A stretch of DNA of 64,000 nucleotides from Piedraia hortae CBS 480.64 (lineage: Eukaryota): assembly GCA_010093745.1 (NCBI GenBank), contig MU005995.1, positions 62,001 through 126,000 of the forward strand. The letters run 5' to 3'. The notes beneath the pieces were generated by a model, which saw only the letters and a program-made list of their open reading frames with translations, was not told where the DNA came from and made no database searches. Shown here piece after piece: positions 56,401 to 64,000 of this stretch (its first letter is position 1; each line of letters starts with the position of its first letter). The translations under genes were made by a program, and so were the position numbers.

Positions 56401-57294
56401 TGATCCTGCTTGTGACTCCTGCATCCAATATGTGACCTAGTTTGATAAGTCCTGAGCAACCTTTAAGTCGACCGTTCTCGTTACAAATCATGGCAAACTA
56501 TTTTGGGTCCGAGGGACCAATATGAATGCACTCGTCCACCGGCAAACCGTTCAAAACCACCGGGGTGCAGTCTCTCGCCGCGTCCCGAAAGCAGCTACAA
56601 TTGCAGCGATGGACTAGAGGTAGTATATTTAACTTTTCCTGTCCCAAGCTGACAGTGCACCATATACGCTGATATCCGTATTGTTAAATGCCTTGGTTAA
56701 TGTCGCTGGGTATTGTTTGCGGTCTCCAGTCACGCCAAAAATTTTGACCGGGGTGGCCTTGGTGAATGGTGTCCCTTCGGCCACTAAGCCGACATGAACG
56801 AGCAGATGGCTCCACACAGTTTCATAGAACGACGGGCTGATCCTACTATCCCGATTTGATGAGTAGTCGGGGCCAATTACCTTAGTTATATTTCTCTTCC
56901 CGTTTGCGCGGGAAAAGTATCATGGGGCATGGCGTGGGCTTTGTGTGGAAGAAGTTGGGAGAATTTTCGAAATAATTACTTAAAGGTGTGCCAAGAACGC
57001 GTTGCCAACTCTATGGGGCCCACCACATGACGTAAGCATATTTTAGTGTGAAACTATGCAGGACGCATAAAGCTTTATATGGTATACGATGATATCCTGC
57101 TGGCTGGGAGAGCATCAAGGGCTTTCACATCAACTTTCAAGATTCACACTTGGCAAGATATCGTGAGTCACGAAGGTCAGCCGCGGCCATGATACCCAAC
57201 TCCAGCCAATCGCGAGTTACCCCGCCCCCACCCTATCACTTCGCATCACACGCCCGACAACGGCCTTCCACCGAGTCAACATACAGCTGTCAAG

Positions 57295-58484
57295 ATGCTC
57301 TCCTGGGCCAAATCTGCCGTTGGACTAACTGAACCCATCTATGGTGAATCCGCCGTCCAGCCCGTCTCTACTCAGGCGCAGTCACAACCATACACAATTC
57401 TCACGCGCGATGACCTCGCATGGACGTGCATGGATGGTACCAACGTTGAGACAAAGACGTTTTACATATTTAGCGACGCTCCCAACAAGATCGGATTAGT
57501 CCAGATCATCTACAGCAATGTCATGGGTATCAGAACGACTGCACAGTTCAACCTGAAGATCTTCAACCAGGAAGGCGATGGAAAGCATCTATGGGTATCG
57601 GACAACCTTTCCGATTTCAGCTTTTCGCAAGACAAACAGACCTTCACGTCCAAGCAAGGCGTTGAGTTGGCCCTGAGTCCTGATGGGGAGATGTATTCGT
57701 TTCGCGCTAAATCAAGCAATGGAGTCAAAGTGGATTTGAGCTTCAAGAGAGCCGCAGAGGGTTTCATGGTAGGCAAGGACGGAACCACGTACTTTGGGAC
57801 AGACCCCAAGAAGCCATGGGGGAGAATGACACATCTTTTCTGGCCCGTTTGTGCTGTCGAGGGGAGCGTTACTACAGCTAATGCGGAGGTTGTGGACATC
57901 AAAGGACGTGGTGTTTTCATTCATGCACTCCAGGGCATGAAGCCCCACTTTGCTGCAGCGAAATGGAATTTCGGCATTGTCAATTCCCAACGCTACACCG
58001 CTGTGATGATGGAATTTACAACTCCGTTATCCTATGGAAGTACAACGGTGACAGTTGGTGGCATTGCCGACGCTAAGGAGGGGAGGTTAATTACAGCCTC
58101 TGCCTCGCCGAGCGTATCAGTAAAGCATGTCCAGACGCACCAGGACGCACGCTCTGATTGGCCGGAACCCACCGACATCTTGTTTCAATGGAAGGGAGAG
58201 ACCGCTGACGGTAAGGGCGTTACGGCTAAAGCCGAAGGGCCGTTGGGAACTCGCGTGGATCGCGTGGATGTCATGGGTGAGTTACCCAAGTTTGTGAAGC
58301 AAATTGCTGCCAGTGCATCCGGGGCGAGACCGTATATATACCAGGTTGGTTTGTGGCTGCTACCTGGGAATGGTTGGCTAACGAGGAACAGTATACTCCT
58401 AAGATTGAATTGGAGGTCGATGTTTGGGGTGAGAAGGTGGAAGAGGAAGGACAGTTGTTCATGGAGGCTACATTCATTACCTAA
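57295..58484 (+). CDS. SVF1: Survival factor 1
   Basis: MLSWAK, TEPIYG, TNVETKTFY, VQIIYSNV, GTTYFGTDPKKPWG, HALQGMKPHFAAAKWNF and RPYIYQY. Intron 58345-58391; C-terminus FMEATFIT. Confidence 0.93.
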
Positions 58485-59240
58485 AGCGTTGCAATGGTTT
58501 GTCTAGAAGCTCCAGTTGATCGAATTGCCTTCATCAGAATTGATCGCTTCAACAACAAATGGTGTGCGGCCGCTGACTGCCGCCGGCGGCCTCCCCAAGG
58601 AGCGTGCGGGTCTGGGGTCTATTTACAGACCGGGTCCGGCCTACATAGCAAGTTCTTCACCTATAACTATGACAGGGAGTATCTGAGCAAATTGAAGAAT
58701 CGCTGCATGCCTCCCAACTTCAGGATACTGGCTAAAATTTACCCGCGAAGACATGAGTTCCTGTCGGAGTTTGTATCTCGCAGGGATACGGCGAAGTCCC
58801 TTGGCCGTTGTGTCAGCAGTCGGACCAGAAATAATTAGCCTCTCGGTTCAAGCAGCGTTATCTCGGATCGGCCCGGATAACGTCGTTGAAGATCGCGATG
58901 ACATGAAGGCAAGCCGTGAGACGCCAAAAAATCAGTCGCGAGTCTAGAACGGTTGTGCTGGCTGAATATTCTAAGGCTGTTCGATGCTGCCATGTCTGGA
59001 TTACATAGAAATGGACACTGTTCAAGTATTTCTAAAAGGACACGGCCCACCCTCAGGACCGACAACAACACAGTTACTGTCAAAGCATCCAATCAAATAC
59101 CTATCAGGCCAACAATATCAGATACCAACTGCCAAGGTACATGATCAGCGGTACTGACATCTGTCGGCTCAAGCCAAAGTGCTCGGCTTAAGCTTTCCAT
59201 GCGAACATAAGAGCATTGGCTGGCCCATGGGGAAACAAAA

Positions 59241-60993
59241 ATGCCACCCAAAACGGTCAACGTCGCCGAATATTTGTTCACTCGTCTCAAACAGCTTGGC
59301 TGCGAGTCCCTTCACGGACTACCCGGAGATTTCAACCTTGAAGCCTGTGACTACATTCAGCCATCGGGTTTACGATGGGTGGGATCTTGCAATGAGCTCA
59401 ACGCAGCCTACGCAGCAGATGCTTATGCCCGCGTAAAGGGGCTAGGCGCTATACTCACCACATTTGGCGTTGGCGAGCTGTCCGCTCTCAATGGAATCGC
59501 CGGCTCTTATGCCGAACTCGCGCCGGTTGTCCATATTGTAGGCACTCCAAACCGAGCCAGCCAGGCAAACGGCATGATGCTGCACCACACACTCGGTAAC
59601 GGCGACTTCAAAGTCTTTGCCAAGTTCAGCGAGAACATTACCGTTGCACAGACAAACCTGAACGATCCACGTACGGCAGCCACGGAAATTGATCGTGTGT
59701 TGCGTGCCTGCTGGGTCGAGTCCAAGCCAGTGTACGTTCAACTTCCCACGGATATGGTCACGCAGCTCGTAGATGGATCTTTGCTTGAGAAGCCCATTGA
59801 TCTCTCGCCGGATTCCAGCGACGAAGATGCGGAGCAAATGGCGCTTTCGATTGTCTTGGAAAAACTATACGCAGCAAAGCGACCCACTCTTCTCGTAGAC
59901 GGTGCTGCGCCACGAAGAGGTCTGATGCCGGCCGCGAACCAGCTGATTCACAAGCTCAAAATTCCCGTTTTTGTTGCGCCCATGGGCAAAGGCGCTGTTG
60001 ATGAATCCCTACCAAACTTTGTCGGCCTGTACGCCGGCAACGGCTCTCATCCAGACGTCAAACGCATGATTGAAGAGAGCGACCTCGTCCTCACATTAGG
60101 AAGCATCAAATCCGACCTTAACACCCACGGCTTCACCTACCGTCTTTCCCAACTAAGCATGATCGGCCTCAACTACAAAGACTGCGAGATCGGCTATGCA
60201 CGTTTTGCCAGGGTCTCGTTCAAGTCCCTTGTTCCGCGTCTCAGCGAGTGTGTCGATCCGTCTAAACTCCAACCCGGAGCTACAGATATCCCCAAAATAC
60301 CTACCCTGGGCCAAGAAATGACCAATGGCGAGTACGGCGATGATGTTATTACTCATCATTGGCTCTGGCCGCGCCTATCCTCTTTCCTCCGGGAAGGTGA
60401 CCTCCTCATCACCGAAACCGGCACCTCCTTCATGGGATACTGGGAAACGCGCCTTCCTCGCAACGTGCAAGTCATCAATCAAATACTCTGGTCAAGCATA
60501 GGCTACGGCGTCGGAGCCGCCCAGGGTGCATCCCTCGCAGCCAAGGATATCGGCAAAGGACAGAGAGCCATCTGCTTCGAGGGCGATGGCTCCTTTCAAC
60601 TCACCGCCCAAGAACTCTCAACCATCATCCGACTTAACCTTGATGTAACCATGTTTCTGATCGAAAACGATGGGTACACCATTGAGAGGTACATCCATGG
60701 CGAGACGGCATCGTACAACGATGTTTCGCGCTGGCAGTATCACAAAGTGCCCGAGGCGCTTACATCAGCGGATGCAAAAGTCAAGCCAAAGTCGTGGAAG
60801 ATTCAGTCGAGAGCAGAGCTGGATAGGTTGCTTTCGGATGAGAGCTTTGCGAATGGAAAGGGATTACAGGTTCGTTTCTCCATTCTTGATGGTCGAAAGG
60901 TGGCGATGCTAACGGGTGATACAGTTTGTGGAGATCCATATGCCAAAATTAGATGCGCCGGCCGTGCTAAAGATGTTTGGAAAGACAAAGTGA
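59241..60993 (+). CDS. PDC: Pyruvate decarboxylase / 2-oxoacid decarboxylase (TPP-dependent)
   Basis: GLPGDFNL, NELNAAYAADAYARVKG, TTFGVGELSA, HHTLGNGD and the TPP motif GDGSFQLT...NDGYTIER. Intron 60870-60924; final exon FVEIHMPKLDAP. Confidence 0.95.
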
Positions 60994-61681
60994 AGGTAGA
61001 TGATTGATGAAGTGATGTGTCTGTGGGCGTGTGAGGGTGCGTCCCCAGAAGGTCCACTCTGGCAAGCGGACGATGGGGAAGTTGAACACCACATGACGTT
61101 GAAAAACATTGAAACCACCTAATTTTAGTTTTGAGATAAAGAGTAAACGATCACTGAATCTCTGGTTGTGCTGGATCGGGTTTTTGAATTGTTGTTTGAG
61201 AGTGCAGTGTGCAACTTGGGGGTGTTCAACTTCCCTGTACCCGGCTTCCACTTGTTGTGTTTGTTTCGTTTTGTTTTTCATTTTACGTCTATGGATGGGT
61301 CATAGCTCCTAATGAGCTTATGCCCGGATCCTAATGGGCGTTAGACGGCGCGGGATTGCACCCCGCGGACTGGAACTGGGACTGAGATCCTGACAACAGG
61401 TACGCAAATAGTCCGCTAAGTTATATGTCCTATATCCTATACCGCGAGTAATCTTTTGTTGCCGCCACTACGCAAATATTCCATCGAGTTACAGGTTCCT
61501 TACCGCGCGTATGAAAACTTGGCTTCGAGATGATGCGCTCTACCCAGAGTGGATTGCGCTGAAATTGATGTGGCTTAGCAGAGGTTGTCTAGACGTATAC
61601 ACTACGACGATGGGAGATGTTCGATGGCAAAATAGGAGGCACGAAGGATGGTGAGTTGGGGGGTTTTCCAAGCGCGATACG

Positions 61682-62053
61682 AGGGGCTTCCAAAGTTGCG
61701 TGGTAGTCTTACCACGCGATAGCTATCGCGCCGTACACGTGACTCTTTGCTCCGGACTTAGGTCCGCGATAGCCTTAACTGCTGTGAGAACCCCGCGATA
61801 AGCAACCACCAACTTCTACGTGGTGGGCCCTGAAAACCACTCAATTAGACGTAGCTATAGTCAGAGAGGCCATTTATGAGGATTTTATGTTGAAAAGTTG
61901 GAAATGCGATGTGAAAATGTGGTTATTTGGGTGTGTGGTAGGGCTAAACGTACCTTTTTGCGCGGTTAGCTATCGCGCGGATAAGGATCGTCACACGAGG
62001 TCACATCCGAAAATGGTATAGCGTAAGCCTACCACGCAGCCTTGAAAACCCCT
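61682..62053. repeat. Non-coding foldback element with 31-bp imperfect inverted repeats and internal CGCGATAGC palindromes (MITE-like)
   Basis: 61682-61712 AGGGGCTTCCAAAGTTGCGTGGTAGTCTTAC matches the reverse complement of 62023-62053 at 26/31 positions. A perfect 16-bp palindrome CGCGATAGCTATCGCG is at 61715-61730, with a related inverted copy at ~61960-61978. Confidence 0.6.
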
Positions 62054-62450
62054 ACGATAGCACTACCGCGTGATTAGGCCATCCAAAATCGCATCTTCAC
62101 TTCGCGTTTTCTACCATGTCTCACATAACAGCTTCATACATGACATTACTGTCTATGGACATGTCCAACCAAGCGGTTTTAACTCGTTCAAAGGCATATC
62201 GTGTAGGAGTTGGGATTGCTCATCGTCAGGGGTCTTAACTATTCCCTGTACTTGCGCCAGCTGCCCATCTGTAATGCCAAGGTAACAGAACAGACCGTAT
62301 GTTGGATACAACTCGCTCTCATAACTCATAATACACAACGACCGTCCACCTATTCCGCTAACCTTGAAAACACGCCGCGCAAGTCCCCCAAATATCCATG
62401 ATCGAACCACCATAGGGAGTCAAACCATCCACATCCCATATGATCATCAA

Positions 62451-63242
62451 TCACCCAAACCTCTTCCTCGCCAGCTCCATCAACATCTCCATCGTCTTCT
62501 CCTCTTTAGCTCTATACTTCGCCAACCTCTCTTCCCTCTCCGCCTCTCTAGCGCGGAGGACCTCCTCTCTTTTCATCTCCCTCTCCGATTTCTGCCTCTG
62601 CTCCTTTTCCAGTCTCTTTCTAATCTCCTCCTTTTCGTCCCCATTATCGCCCATCAAGTCTTTATCCGCAATTTCATGGGTAGGATCATCATTCCTCTCT
62701 CGGAAAGACTTATTTGCGGCTGCGGTTTCGCGTTTTTTTTCTAGGAAACGCTCCCTGGAACCTGGAGGGGCACGGGGATTCAGCTCTTCGAAACGCGCTT
62801 TATCTACTTTCCGTTCGGCTTTTAAATCCTTACGGAGGGTTGCTAGGGTTTTGTCTCTGGGGGGAGGCTCATGTGTAGGAGCTGCGGGCCCGTATTCGTC
62901 TTCTTCGTCTTCGTAGTGGTTGGTCGGGTTACACGCAGGCTCGGTGTTTTGGGTGGATGACGATGGTGGCTCAGACCACAGATACCATCCCTCAGCGAGA
63001 GAGCCAGAGTTCCATTTGTTGGTGAAGCTCTTCCAGCGCCCTTTGGCTTCGTCGTCGCTGAGACAGGAGAGGTCGAGGTCCTTGTGGATGCGGAGGTACT
63101 CTGTGAAAATGGCGCGATGGGTCGCTAAGTCACGTTGGCGTAGTGGGTAACAGCCGTGGGGTATGGGGGCTTGGCGAGGGCTGGCTGATCTTCGTCGTCG
63201 TCTGTGGGAGCGGTCTTTGTTCATCGGGGGTTGGAGTGCCAT
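62451..63242 (-). CDS. Conserved charged nuclear protein, style cell-cycle inhibitor 1 (SCI1)-like
   Basis: Basic RRRRRSASP start; core FTEYLRIHKDLDLSCLSDDEAKGRWKSFTNKWNSGSLAEGWY; coiled-coil C-terminus ending LARKRFG. Family assigned from memory of the motif. Confidence 0.7.
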   Translation of the reverse strand: MALQPPMNKDRSHRRRRRSASPRQAPIPHGCYPLRQRDLATHRAIFTEYLRIHKDLDLSCLSDDEAKGRWKSFTNKWNSGSLAEGWYLWSEPPSSSTQNTEPACNPTNHYEDEEDEYGPAAPTHEPPPRDKTLATLRKDLKAERKVDKARFEELNPRAPPGSRERFLEKKRETAAANKSFRERNDDPTHEIADKDLMGDNGDEKEEIRKRLEKEQRQKSEREMKREEVLRAREAEREERLAKYRAKEEKTMEMLMELARKRFG

Positions 63243-63413
63243 TACGGGACATGACTCGCGTTTACTGGTGTCAGCGCGAGTCATGACGGGATGCTTCTGC
63301 GCAGCCAGACGACAATTAACCAGCTATAAACTAGATTGATCCCGCTTATTCAACTATACATCAGAGTCGGTCATTTGTTCAAGGAAGTGCCATTGCCCCT
63401 ACCATCGCTTTCG

Positions 63414-63935
63414 TCAAGGGAACAGTCGACCCAGCCATTCATGAGCCTTGGACACCTCGAGCATACCCCCCTCACCCTCGTCAATCGTCTGATTGAACCA
63501 GTTCCTAGCCTCATGATCATTTTCATCACGGATCTGCTGCGCTACAATGCATACCCCCATGTAGAAACAGCACCTGGCCCTATCCTTGCCAGTTGCGAAG
63601 GCCAAGGCATCCGTGATTGACTCTTGCGCGACAGAAATCAGCTTCGTGTTCACGTCCTCTGGGTGGGAAAGGATTGCAATGGCTGGTAACAGTTTGGCTC
63701 TGACTTTGATCGAGGACAGCACCGACGGGTTGGGGGGCGGGTTAGTGCCTTGCAACGCGTCGGTGGAGTAGACACTACCGTCTCTCAGATCCTGGGGGTC
63801 GCCATTGTCATCGCCATCTTCCAGCGGCAAATTCGTAAAATTGTCTTCGGAGACCAAAAATTTGGACATGTCCGTCTCGCTATCCTCCTCCCATTTGCTA
63901 AGGTTTTGGTCGAAATTCGTCAGATTGTGGTCCAT
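63414..63935 (-). CDS. Hypothetical acidic protein with a possible C-terminal TPR-like helix pair
   Basis: 173-aa ATG-initiated ORF; RARCCFYMGVC...ARNWFNQTI resembles a TPR helix pair. No confident family. Confidence 0.5.
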   Translation of the reverse strand: MDHNLTNFDQNLSKWEEDSETDMSKFLVSEDNFTNLPLEDGDDNGDPQDLRDGSVYSTDALQGTNPPPNPSVLSSIKVRAKLLPAIAILSHPEDVNTKLISVAQESITDALAFATGKDRARCCFYMGVCIVAQQIRDENDHEARNWFNQTIDEGEGGMLEVSKAHEWLGRLFP

Positions 63936-64000
63936 ATTCTACTTGGGGGTTAAGATGTCAAGGTAAAAATAAAGATGGTTGAGGGAAGACATGTAAAAGT

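Noticed and set aside
285..60993. Pyruvate-node gene cluster (PK, PDH E2, PDC)
   Set aside because: PK and E2 are dead fragments nearly 60 kb from PDC, with unrelated genes in between.

Overview
This is eukaryotic DNA from a filamentous ascomycete, probably a Dothideomycete (inferred from protein style and short ~45-75 nt GT..CTRAC..YAG introns). The genome is very compact: about 35 protein-coding genes in 64 kb, mostly housekeeping. They include RLP24, EGT1, THR4, SBA1, VPS24, taspase, ARP3, a SUN-domain protein, YUH1, a Git3/Gpr1-type GPCR, TYW2, SSP120, URB1, ECM4-type GST, IML1, OPI10, PEX12, DAD1, PKC1, SVF1 and PDC. Notable features beyond the gene list: (1) The first ~2.8 kb is a co-oriented mosaic of decayed fragments of unrelated housekeeping genes (DPH1, pyruvate kinase, two divergent copies of one pyruvate dehydrogenase E2 segment, plus unidentified pieces), suggesting a gene-capture process. 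(2) A U3 snoRNA gene interrupted by a 50-nt spliceosomal intron lies at ~43.6-43.9 kb. (3) Four co-directional gene pairs are only 60-74 nt apart, and one convergent pair has overlapping stop codons. (4) A ~400-bp foldback/palindrome-rich element lies at ~61.7-62.05 kb. (5) C-rich to G-rich strand-skew switches recur inside genes. Family assignments come from my recognition of motifs, not from database searches. Exon boundaries were read by eye.
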